A stretch of 63,289 nucleotides of DNA, the filler included, from Choristocarpus tenellus KU-1152 (lineage: Eukaryota; Protista; Phaeophyceae): assembly GCA_964200185.2 (NCBI GenBank). It is 9 parts of 9 records of this genome, joined end to end, with 100 filler letters (N's around TTAATTAATTAA, not from the genome) between each part and the next. Parts side by side here need not be neighbours in the genome. Positions count along the whole stretch, not along the records: positions 36,086 to 38,740 come from CAXNAD020025912.1; positions 38,841 to 46,174 come from CAXNAD020006317.1; positions 46,275 to 52,282 come from CAXNAD020009183.1; 6 more parts are not named here. One strand, written 5' to 3'. The translations under genes were made by a program, and so were the position numbers. The notes under the pieces were generated by a model, which saw only the letters and a program-made list of their open reading frames with translations, had not been told where the DNA came from and did no database searches. Below are positions 36,086-48,455 of this stretch, one piece after another; within the stretch, counting starts at the first letter, position 1; every line of letters begins with the position of its first letter.

Positions 36086-36854
36086 CCTCCCATTGATTCC
36101 CATTTCCACATGCCGTGATGCATGAGCTGTACGTGATGACATCAGGGACAATACCATTAGCCTTCATCTCCTCAAGCAGAGAAATTGCGGTCTTCCATTG
36201 CTTTCCACGTCCGCATGCCGTGATGCACGAGTTGTACGTGATGACATTTGGGAGAATACTATTAGCCTTCATCTCCTTCAAAATGAACAGTGCAGCTTTC
36301 CATGGTGTGTCGCCATACTGCCTTGTGGCCATATTTTCCCTACGATTGAGCGTACGATTGTAATTTTTGGCAGCTTCTGCCATGGATTTGATGCATTCGT
36401 TATATAGTCTCGTATTGAAGGATAAACCACAAGACGTGGCCTCTCCGAGCAGCTGAAGCACATGTCGCCATTTTCTCTTTTTCCGCGAAGACTGAATATC
36501 CGCCATTAACTTATGATAAACGTTCTTCTGTACGGACGACGTTCTACCATCGTAGACCTGCTTCCCGCTTTCCAGTTGGCACTCCTCAGGATCACCCCCT
36601 GCTCTGAACGAGACCTTACGATCGGATGAAGATTGAACTCTCCAACCTTGCCTCCTGACTAGTACACTTTCGTTATTCGAGATGGTTGTTGAACTGGAGA
36701 GAGGGTGCTGAATGGGGCTTCTATTGAAGACATAGATATCAATGACTCTGGTAGGATCCAATAATCTTGACTTCTTTTTCGCACAGGGTCGAATGCAGTT
36801 CTTGGTGACGGTGCGACAGGCCAACAGTAGGCCACGCCCAAACATGGCATGCAT
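36086..36854 (-). CDS. Pentatricopeptide-repeat (PPR) protein, N-terminal part, truncated by contig end
   Basis: 35-aa repeats PNVITYNSCITACGRGKQWKTAISLLEEMKANGIV/PDVITYSSCITACGNGNQWE. The basic N-terminus MHAMFGRGLLLACRTVTK resembles an organellar presequence. Confidence 0.88.
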
Positions 36855-39109
36855 CGATTATTTTCCCCCTTTACCCATGCAGAGAAGGGCACATTCGATG
36901 GATAACGAATGACAAACAAATATATTCTGCTCAACGGGGCATATGCATGGCTTTGCACGTTGTAGATGTGTCCTTCCTCAAGCCCTCCTGTACATGGAGA
37001 GTATGATGTGTACAAGTTTTTGGTGGTGTTGGAAGTAGAAGTAGTGTTATCGGAATATTCCCGATGATAAATCTAGAACCGAACCATAACGTCTTTGGCC
37101 GATTATTGGGATATTACATACGATATTCACATACCCTAAACCCCTAAACCTCCTTCCTCCCTGTTCGTGTTGTGTGTGATAGATAGCCCACATACATACA
37201 ACATGTGATCGTGTACAACTATTATATGATTTTGTCCAAGTTTCATCACCTCCTTCCACGCTCTCATACTTTATTGCATATTCTACCTCACAGAGGAAGA
37301 TGGCAACATCTCCCGAGAATTCTGACCCTTATGTGAAGGGAATATGAACTTTTTTTGTCAGTAAGTGGACATGGGGATGTTAGTCCGCATGAGATTTGGT
37401 TTGAGAGGATTCGGGTTTAGGAGACCGCTGGTGCGGAGGTGTTACAACCACAAATCTCTTCACATCGGACAGATCAAATCCGATTTATGGCGTAAAAATC
37501 GATCTCCGACAAATCAATGGTCTTTCCTGTATTAAACTTGAGGGTACGCACGTTGGGGGTTTGGGTTCAGTGACTATCATACTCTGAATATGTGTAGGAA
37601 AGCATGAATTTGTGAAGGACTAAGGAATAACGTTTTGATGTTGTGGATTGTGGTGAATGGTGTTTGTTTAAAATGATACTACTGTTGTGGAAGAGCGTTT
37701 TTTAGGTAAATATTAATGCTGTTGAAACTTGAAAATACTCAGGTTCCTCTGTTAAAAACATTTACTTTCAGTTCAACAATGTGCATGGATGGGGAAAGAT
37801 GGTCTGTCTCGAAGGCGTTTATTTGCAGCTTCGCATCAGGCAGCGTAAGGATAGGGAGACCGTTGTGTCACATTTTGCTGAGAGTTTAGGATGACCTAAC
37901 GATTAATATTGACGTCTTACAAGATTCCTACAAAAAATACCACAAATCTAGTATCATCTCGTACATTTATGTATAGCCTGCCCTGTAGAATGTTTATTCA
38001 CACCGATTCTGAATAGAGGAAGTGGTAGAGATGACGACGGCGAAAACATTGATGTATGCCTTGTTTGAAGAGGCAGTGTCCGGTTGCGCACAGCGGGCCA
38101 TAGCTCACTTACTTGTGTTTCACTCGTTATTGTTTCAAATTTTGTTGTTATGGCAGTTACGTTTGACTCTGTTATGTTCCAAAATATTCGTATGTGCATT
38201 ACTTTTTTGCCTTTAGTGCTCGTTGAGAGGGATTTATTTTCATTTTTTTTCATGGACCAGTAGCAATTCTGGTCTTTAGTGGATGTTACAGCCATTTCTA
38301 GGAAGAGGTTGCTTCCTCTTCCCAAACACAATTATTTTGATACAACATGCGCATACCGCACGGTGTTTTCTTTGTTTAGTATGAGTTTCGACGAATACAC
38401 CATTATGTTATTGATTGTTACACTTCCGCTTGTGTTCCTTACGTGCTGTACATACTGTTGTATGCATACATAGATTGCGGCTTCATTTCTGATGGACATG
38501 GATGAACCTGATGTTCATCTGGGTGTCAATTAGCAGCTGGTTTGGTGTGACGATTCTGATCAATAATTCATAGGAGTGGATTTCGACTTCTTTCAGGCGA
38601 GTATGCGTGTTAAGAATATGATTTTTATTCAAGTGTAAAATATTATTCTGTGGGAGAAACATTGAGTTAACAAGAGATTTCAAAAATTGAGGATGGAGCT
38701 TTTCATTGAGGATGGGCTTAACCCAAAATTGACTGGGAGANNNNNNNNNNNNNNNNNNNNNNNNNNNNNNNNNNNNNNNNNNNNTTAATTAATTAANNNN
38801 NNNNNNNNNNNNNNNNNNNNNNNNNNNNNNNNNNNNNNNNTTTTTTTTTTTTTTTTTTTTTTTGGGGGTGGTTTTTTTTTTTTGGTTGTTTGGTTTTTTT
38901 TTTTTTTTCCCCCCCCCCCCCCCCCCCCCCCCCGCCCCCATCCCTCCTGTGTGTGCGCGTGTGCGCTTTAAGTCCAAAGCTTTGTTTTTTTGTGTGTATG
39001 TTGTAGTTGAATCAGCTGTGGCATACGTGTCTTGTTTGTGCTTTTTTAGTATTTTTCACATGAATCTGCTCTTTTGTGTGTGTGTGTGTGTTTCTGATGG
39101 GGTTAACAG

Positions 39110-42100
39110 GTACAATGACGGCCTGGATAAGTGGCGACTTACCGCCCGGGAGGTCCGCGATGAGTTTGCCAAGAAGGGTGCTGATGTTGTCTATGCCTTC
39201 CAGACTAGGAACCCCACGCATGCCGGGCATGCGTACCTCATGAAGACTGCTGGAGAAAAGCTCAAGTCTCAGGTCAGGCGCGTGTATAAGGGGTTAGAAC
39301 CGTGTTTGGAAGGTGGAGAGCAGCATTGAGTTTTGAATGGGTGAGGTGCTGCCTGGGGATATATCTATGGCGGGACGGTTCGTGGGGTTGCTTTCTCCCC
39401 CGTTTTCCTTTATTAGTTTTGTCTAAGGAACATTACATGCAAGATTCACTATATTTTCTCTGGAGGCGTTTCTACTACGAAAAATGCAATTTGGTGAACA
39501 TGATGTCGCAGTAAGAATACAAGTAAGCATTACCCCCCCCCCTGCCCCCTGCCCCAAAAACATCCTTAGGTGTACCCTGCCCGGACACAGTTTTTCCTAT
39601 TTCATATTCAACATATTATTATTATTATTGTTGTTGTTGTTGTTATGGGGTTCCCTTCTACCAGGAGTAAATATGAAATACGCCCTGTTGTTTCCCCCCA
39701 CAGTTTTTCTTTAATTCAATTTTAATATATTTATGTACCTTATTTTGCTTGCTTTTCATGTCACCTTCTGCAGGGCTACAAAAACCCCATCCTTTGGCTG
39801 TCTCCACTGGGGGGTTGGACTAAGCCGGATGATGTGCCACTGGACGTGAGAGTCACCCAGCACGAGGTGAACAAATCTATGACCGGATAGTCTTTTTTTT
39901 CAGGGATGGAGAAGATGGAGAAATTTGTGATCCATGTTGTGTAGCATAGGTTCATACTTACGTGGATTTTTGGCCTTGCCTTGCCTGTTGGTATGCTGTT
40001 GTTATGGTAATAATAAGAACTGTTTTGTAGTAGTGGTAGTAGTAGTAGTAAGTAGTATGTGATTTTATTCGAAGTTTCCTTCAGTCGCCCTCCCCTTTGT
40101 GAATAAAAGGTGGTGGAAGGTTTGTCTGTGGGGTAGGGTAGAGCATGGTGTTTTGTTGTGGTCCGTCGCTTTATCATTGGAATTGTGTCTGGATGTACTC
40201 ACATTCTTCTAGTGTGTGTGTTGGTGACTATCGAGAAGACTCCAGGGCAGTGTGAAAGCTCTAGAGTAATGACAAGTTGTCCTTTTGGGACACGTCACTT
40301 TACAAATAGGTTTTTTTCGGGGTGATGCTTGATACTGCCATGATCCTTAAATAAGCCATCATTTAGTTTGAGCACTGCATCTAATATGTCAGGCTCTTTG
40401 GCAACTATTACGCCTGATTGTGTCTCAGTATACCTCTACTAACCTATATTTCTGTATTGGGCTTCTTAGATACTCATATTTTTATTTTAGGAAGTGCTGT
40501 TATGATCTTGTTGCTGGCTTTATTTTCTCGAGAGCAAGTGTTACCATTGGCTGGCTCTATAGATTGTAGTGTACACCTTGCCTCTGTATGCACTGTATCT
40601 CCTCCCCCCCGCCCATCCCCCACACCCCTCCCCCGCCCCCCCCCCCCACCCACTCCNNNNNNNNNNTTTACCCCCTGCCCCCGTTTTCCCTGTTTCTCCT
40701 CCCCCCCCCCCCCCCCCCCCCCACCCACACCTCATGCTTCCTGTTCAATCTGCATTTTTATGCCTGGAATCTCAAGGCTGTGCTTGCAGAGGGTATGCTT
40801 GACCCAGCTACAACGGTCATGGCCATCTGGCCCAGCCCTATGATCTATGGTGGACCCACAGAGGTTCAGTTCCACGCCAAGAGCCGCAGGTACGTTTTTG
40901 TGTGGTACGGATGTTTTTTGTAACTGTTGAAACTGTTGGAACATTAATACTGTAAACCCTCTTGTTGGGATGTGCAACAAAGCATCCACTACCGTGAGAA
41001 CATCTTCCCGCCGTCCCCTCCCACAACACTCTTGTCTCTTGAAGGTCAGGAGGTGCGAGCTTCTTTGTGGTTGGCCGCGACCCTGCGGGTATGAAGGGAT
41101 CTTCCCTGGCCCAGTACGCTCCTGACGACGACTTGTATGACCCTCAGCATGGACGTTACGTGCTTTGGATGAGCCCCGGCGTTGGTTCCATGAAGATGCT
41201 CGAGTTCAGCCAGGTTTGTTGAGGGTTCAGATGGCGGTAGTTATTGATACAGGGTTTTTTTTTTTTTGGGGGGGGGGGGGGGGGGTTTTGGGGGGGGGTT
41301 TTTTTTTTGGGGGAAGAAATTTTTTTTTTTGTGTTTGGGAAAAATTTTTAGGATGTTTTTTTTGTTTGTTAAAATTTTTTTTGTTCTTAACTGAACAAGG
41401 GTATAGCGATAGTGATATATAGTGGTGTACTGTGTGTGCAGTATTTTTGAGTACTACCTTTTTGGTGTATGGCTTCCTTGTCCACTCTGGGCTCTTTGTG
41501 TGTGTGTTTATGTGCTTAGGCTGCTGCTGCCCCTGTGGCCTGTTGCTGTTAGTTGACAGAGTTCCTTTTCTCGTGGTAAAGGTTAGGGTATTTGGGCATG
41601 TGCCAGTGTCTGTGAGGGCATATGCTTTGGGTGAGAGCCATACTTTTGGCAGCCCTTGCCCTTTTTTTTCTTTAGATTTTGATGTATATGTCACTACTCT
41701 GTAGTCAGAACAGTGTTACCATTGTTTTGGCCTTGCAATATCGTCTCTTGTTCACAAATACATTCATGCATAGTGGTATATCCTCAGCATCTTCAAGTGC
41801 AATAGTGCTTCATCTTGTGATCCCGATGGGCTTCGCCTCCCTGTACGCTGTGGGTTTTGTTAGGTGTACTATGACAAAAAGACCCACACTATGACTGCTC
41901 CGGATGACTCTCGCCCGGAAGACTTCATCTCCATCTCGGGGTGAGTTTAGGGTTAGGGTTAGGGTTGGAATGGATCAGAAGGCTGAAACATGCTGTTGTT
42001 CCAGAAAAGCAAGTCTCCTGGTCATGCCATCCTTCCGATGTTGTTATTTGTTGAGGTGTAAAATGTCTAAAATGTTAGCAAAGATTCTTACTTGCCAAAA

Positions 42101-45100
42101 AAAGGTGGCTAGGGAAGCAGCAAGCGGCCTCCGTGTTCTGATTCACGGCCTGCGTGGTGCCTGCCCAAGAACCTTCCTTACAATGCAAATTGTTCTTGTT
42201 TTCTGGTTGTCGCCTTGGTCGGTCTTTTATGTCTGTAACTTGATTGCAGTATACTCTCATAACTCCTACTTTTATAACTTGATTGTAGTATATACTCTCA
42301 TAACTCTTACTTTTATAACTTGATTGTAGTATATACTTTCATAACTCTTACTTTTGTAACTTGATTGCAGTATACTCTCATAACTCCTACTTTTATAACT
42401 TGATTGTAGTATATACTTTCATACCTCTTACTTTTATTTTTTATTTTTATGTTGTATACACATACGTACAGATCAAAGATGCGTAAGCTTGCAGCCCAGG
42501 GTGCCAAGCCCTGCCCGGCTCAGATCCCATCTGACCTAATTGCAGCAAACTGCATCCCTCCCGGGTTCATGGTGCAGACAGGATGGGACATCGTGTGTGA
42601 CTATTACCAGGCATGTGGCTGGGGGGTACATTTGGAGGCCAGGTGTATTGTCAATCTCTTAGCGTATTCAAATGGTGACCCTGGGCTTTCCCCCTGCATA
42701 AGTGTTGTGTGTGTATGTGTGTGTTTGTGTGTTTGTCCATATTTGCCTTGTGTTTCAATTTTTCCAGTGTTCCAAGGCTGTATGTAGTGTACTATCTGCG
42801 TCAGTGTGTGTGTGAATTTGTGTTGATGTGTGTGTGCTAAATGGGTGCAGTCCAACCTCTTGCGTGGTGAAGTGGGTAGGTGAAGTTCCCACCATTGAAG
42901 CCGAGCATCTATTTGTTGCCCCGGTTTGTGTATACCCAAGAGGCGTTGTTGGCCTTTTTAATAGATTCTGTTACATTGCCAATCAAGCGTGCCCAATAAT
43001 TGGCTGCATTTCCAGGTTTCACGGATATGAGCATGACATTTCTCACGTGTGTTAATCTAAAACTGTCGTACATCCCGTGCCACTGCCTCCCTGCCCCCCC
43101 CCACCCCCGTGATCTTGAAAATCCTGCATGATTTGATGTATTGTTTTGATTTACTTGTTGGACTTCAGAATGTGGAGACCAAGCAATGGGTGCCCTGGTC
43201 CAAGCCGGTCATCACTCCCCCCACCATAGCCCATACTAGTTCTTCAGGAAGCTTTGGCACAGCTGAGTTCAGGTTGGGCTTTGTTGACCCTTCAAGCGGA
43301 TCTCCTGCATCCCCTTGGCATGACATCCCACTGGAGGCATCCAGCAAGGGCTTCTTCAGCTTTGTTGTGGAGATACCAATGTACCAGGTATGAGGTGACA
43401 AGTCACTTTTTTGTTGTGAGAGAGAGGGGGGGCTGTAGTGTTACTATGCTATTGCGTGGTGTTTCTTGTACTTGGGAGGCAAACAAACGCTGCTGGTGTT
43501 TAGGTTTGGGGGTTGAGTCTGGTGATTGGAAGGGTGTTTGTTGGGGTTAGGAGGGGGTTGAGTGTGTTGACCAATTGTGGTCAACATGGATGTGGAGGAG
43601 TGCTTTTCACTGTTTAGCGTCAACATTATGCTTGTGTAGTCCCTCGTACATGAGAACCATTCAGGGTTTGCATTATATGGTGTGCCTGCTGTGTGTATTT
43701 TTATTTTTATCTTATCTTCTTTTTCTTTTGGTTGACAATTTTCAAATTTCAGACAGCCAAGATGGAGGTAATGAAGGAAGAGCCATACAATCCCATAATG
43801 CAAGATGAGAGCAAGGGCAAGCCTCGCTACTATACATACGGCGTGCCCTTCTTCAACTATGGTCTTCTGCCACGGACTTGGGAAGACCCCAATATCAAGG
43901 TGAATACTTTCCTCCCCTGCCCCTGCCAACACACTCTGTTTAACTGGAGTAGATTATCAGCGTTGTAAATAGGGTAGTTTAGAAACAGTCAACTGTAACC
44001 TTGACTAGTTCCATGCATTAATCGCTGCAATGGAAAAGTTGGTGGGAGACAGGGTAGGTAGGTGTTAGGTTATATTGTTGTATGATTTGAGACTTCACTT
44101 CATCCCAGTGATATTTTCATTCCCATCATTCATGGCCGGATATGGATTGTGTCTTGCTTGTCACATCTAAACTGATTGGGTTAGGGTTAGGGTATATCGA
44201 TGTCAAAAGACAGACCTTCCTAGTTTTCATTGTAATTTGTTGGACAGCATTGATCTTTCTCAAGTCCAGTCTTTCGTGGTTGGTAGGTCACATTTGCTCC
44301 CCCTTTCATTCTCTCTTCTCCCTCCCCCCCCACTGTTCTTCCCTCTCAGGATGCAATGGGTCATGGGGGTGATAATGACCCTCTGGATGTCATGGAGGTT
44401 GGTGATGGGCCGCTCCCAATGGGAACTGTTACGGCTGTCAAGGTTCTGGGGTGAGGAGACAAACATGAATGGTTTTTTGTGCCCTAAGGGTATTATTTTG
44501 ATGAGCACTTTTTGGTGCTGATACACCAGGGGAGTTTGGGGATAAATAAAGTTCTAACTGAAAAAAATGATTCTGTGCGTAATATACCCTATGTTGCGCA
44601 AGGATTGGGATATGAATATATAATATGAACCCAACACTACTCCTGGTAAATATTATGTTAAGACAGGTGCATTTCTAGAGGAGAGTGTTGTATGAGACTT
44701 TGATTCAGAGTTTATTATGATGTCTTCCAGAGAGGCAAATAGCCTTTTTTTTTGCTACAGGGTGTTCGACCAACTGGTCCCCTGCCCTCCCACTGCAACA
44801 ACACCTTAAAGATCGCTGGAGCTAATTGATGAGGGAGAGACAGATCACAAGATCATTGCGCTGAGGGCGTCGGACCCTAATGCAAGCAGCATCAATAGCA
44901 TGCAGGTCAGTGTACAGTCAACGACCAGAAACCAAGCCCTCGTTAGTCGTGTGTTAGCTGCTACTCTTAACTACACCTTTACATTCCGCTGTTTGTAGTA
45001 GGACCTTCCATTTCGAAATAAGGTACTGATGTGTTCAATTGTAGAAATGCTGGTGTGTGTTTTTTTTGCTCTTACAATCCCAAGGGTCTTATTTATACCC

Positions 45101-46174
45101 TAGTGTGGTTTACGTGATTGAGTTAAGCACTGTAAGAGGGTTTTGTAGAGGCGTTCATCTGCAAAGTTTTATAGAAATATTTTTTCTTATTTCTATTTCG
45201 GAAGCTGAAACGTTTGAAACAGTACCCACCATGGTTTTGCAATTATTTGTATGTAGTGATTATCTCGTGAAACGAAATTGAGGAGCTCTTTGCCTCAAGG
45301 CCCTACCTATTAATTAGCCTTGTGGTAAGATAAGAGAAGTCAAGCCTAGTGCTAGTGTTACGCTGATGTTGATGCCAAAACTCTTCCTATCTCTCGCTGT
45401 GTGGAGATGCTTGTTGGAGGCGTTTTGTGTCCTCCAGCAATTAACTTTGAAAGATGCAAGTCTGCTGTGCATCATGCTCTGATGATTTTTGTGCTCGCAT
45501 TCCAATAGCTGTAGGAGATGGCGTGTGGTCAGAGGGCTAAGAGTAGTCGTGGGAGAATGTATGTAGATGGTGTTGATGTCAGAAGGCGCCAAATATCTAT
45601 ATACAAACGTTGTTTGCTCTGGGCAATCCCACAAATTTGCGTATTTCTTGTGTGTGTATCATTGGCGGCCAACTCTTTGTGAACAGGACCTTGAAGCACA
45701 CAAGCCGGGCATCACTGCTAAGCTTGTGGATTGGCTCAAGAACTACAAGACATCGGATGGGAAGTCCGCCAACACTCTTGCCAAGGTAATAGTTGCCTTG
45801 ATGTGATTTTGCTATCCCCCTTGCCCCACACACCCCCATCCTGTATGGTGTAATGTTCTACTACTCCCTGTTGCTTGCTCCAGAAGGCACAGATACCTTC
45901 CAAGTGGTTAGTCTGCTAGCTAAGGAGAGCAATCATGGATCATGGTATCTGGGGGGGGTAGGGTAATAGAGGCTGACAGGCGCCTTCATCATATTGTTTG
46001 TGATATACTATGCGAATGTAAGGCCCGCATTCCATTGGTCTAAATATAAATATTTTCTGTTCAATGGATCACACCATTTTACAACTGTCACTTATTGTTG
46101 ATGCCCCCCACCCCCCCCCCCACACCCCGTGGTTAAATCTTTGAAACAGGATGAGCCAACAAGTGTCCAGGAAG
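39110..46174 (+). CDS. ATP sulfurylase fused to family I inorganic pyrophosphatase, partial at both ends
   Basis: Exons 39110-39272, 39774-39866, 40777-40889, 41045-41213, 41864-41940, 42472-42610 (GC donor), 43169-43387, 43753-43899, 44350-44450, 44812-44905, 45687-45785, 46150-46174. ATPS motifs [31 protein letters not shown]. PPase motifs [41 protein letters not shown]. Confidence 0.95.
42236..42436. repeat. Intronic minisatellite, 5 x 39-41 bp
   Basis: TAACTTGATTG(C/T)AGTATA(TA)CT(C/T)TCATAACTC(C/T)TACTTTT repeated head to tail. Confidence 0.92.
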
Positions 46175-46994
46175 NNNNNNNNNNNNNNNNNNNNNNNNNN
46201 NNNNNNNNNNNNNNNNNNTTAATTAATTAANNNNNNNNNNNNNNNNNNNNNNNNNNNNNNNNNNNNNNNNNNNNACACAAGACGACCACACCCCCCCGAA
46301 CACCCCCACCAAAGAAACCAGAGAAAAAAAAAGGAGAACAGTGAATCGGTATAACTTTATTACTTTTAGTTGCTGACGTACAGGTATACCATTGGCGGTT
46401 TATACTCAATCATCCATGCATACAGTTACAGATAGGACAACCCGACATTGCACAGGTTAAGAGTGTCCTAGGTAAGCAGGTTAGTACAGTAACTTTCAAA
46501 CAAGAGCACGTTGGATGGGTTCACAATAACCGGTCAAGATCTAATTCCTCAATAAAGGGGTAAGTAAATAAAAAAGACACCTGCCTTTCATTGAGACACG
46601 GGTATGAGCTCCAGGAACAGAAAACTCACTGACCACCTGGACACACTAATGGGCACCTCTTTTTCAGGTTTAGATCGGCATCTATCGTCAGTTACATATA
46701 CTTCAAAAACTGCTTCGTATTTCAAAGTACATCCCAGGTCGCTTGAGGTCTGTCAGCAGAAGCTTGCCCCCCCCCATTACCTTGCCAACGCCAACAACTG
46801 TGTTCATTGTGGTTTCCACCACATACATTCCATCAATTTCAACCCTAACCATATTTGTAGGCCTGCTCTAATGCAGGCAAAAAAAAAAAAAAAAAACAAG
46901 TCTCAACCCAAATCAAACGGACCCATCTTCCCTANNNNNNNNNNTTCCAAAAACAAAAATACCATAAATTACAACCAAAACAATATTTTTAGAC

Positions 46995-47029
<35 letters not shown>

Positions 47030-47333
47030 AAGTCTCAACCTAAATAAATGGGGTCTTTTTTCTGTTGCGTAAAAAAAACGTAAAAAAAACGATGCTCACT
47101 GATAGGTGGACTATTGCCAACTGTTGTTCGGAACTTGGAAATCCACCTGAGACACACATGCCTGCCACATCTTCTGGCACATCAGATCAAATCTGCAGAT
47201 TGTAGGTAAGGGACTGGTACAGCATTAAAATAAAAACAAAACATATCGTACTCACTACTTTCAACCAACTTTTGTATGGTACCAATATCAAACCTTCACA
47301 CACAACATGGAAGGCATCCTGCATGCACTGCAA

Positions 47334-47367
<34 letters not shown>

Positions 47368-48455
47368 CGTAGGCTGGGCCATGAAACAGGTTCAAGTCAT
47401 GGACCAGTGATAGACGTGCTGTTGAAGAACCCATCACTCTTTGTAGGAACATATATTACAGTGTGGACCAGGTAGTAAAAAGCAGTGCACAGTAAATCAA
47501 CGCACACTGCTGTAGCTTAAAACGCCTTTTTGGGGGGATGAGTGTCAACGCCAACCAAGGCGGTTGGTTTGAGATGGGGAAATACGAGCAGGAATTTTGG
47601 ACTCCCACACGAGGCACTTCCAATGCGAAGGGCGACCCCTCACCCCAGTGCCAACGCCAATTTATGGCAAGCAAAGAGGTTGCCAGTTTATTCCTACCCT
47701 CACCCACCTACACAATAGAGGCACTACTCAACCACAGGGGGCTTTGTGATCAGGAAACACAGACAGACCCCAAGCATGTAAATGTATATTGGGTGCCACA
47801 CAACAAATCTATAACCATTCTCAAGAAAAAACAGGCTACCAAGGTAGGGCAAGGGCATGCACAATGCTAGAACCAATAGTCGCAACGCAACACTCCTTCC
47901 ATGGTTGTGAATCAAATTGATATGATTTGAATAAATCACAATTACTCTTTTTTTTATTAACGAAGATTGAGAGGATTTTTTTTTTCCTTTTTTGATCTAG
48001 CACGCTCTGATTTTAGAGCTCTGCAATTCCCGTGCCTCAATTCATTCGCTGCAAGCATGTACATTTCAAATTATATTTTTATTTTATTTTTTTCGAGTTA
48101 ATTTATCGCGCTCGAAAACCCTTACGATTCAGAACGGTGCTAGATATAAGTGAGGAATGTACAAATACATAATGAACGCAGTTTTCTACATAATGCACCC
48201 ACCGCTTTTTTTTAAGTGAGAATAATCCTGTTTTCTTTTCTTACCATCCTAGACCCCCTGAACCTCAATCCTCCTCAAAATATAAAAAACATTTTAAAAA
48301 ATTCTAAATCTAACCCTAGCTTTCAATAAAAACATCCACACTTACTCCTTCACCTAGTTACAACCAACTACAAAATACAACAAATCAGTAGCTGAGGACT
48401 CATCAAATTAAGCCCCCCACCCCCCTTCGCCCTGCCCCAGAGTCAGAGTCCTTAC

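Noticed and set aside
37300-38533. Possible divergent spliced gene upstream of the PPR gene
   Set aside because: Some AG/GT-bounded segments can be joined, but there is no recognisable motif and the phases are ambiguous.
42236-42436. Possible CRISPR-like array
   Set aside because: Simple intronic minisatellite without spacers.
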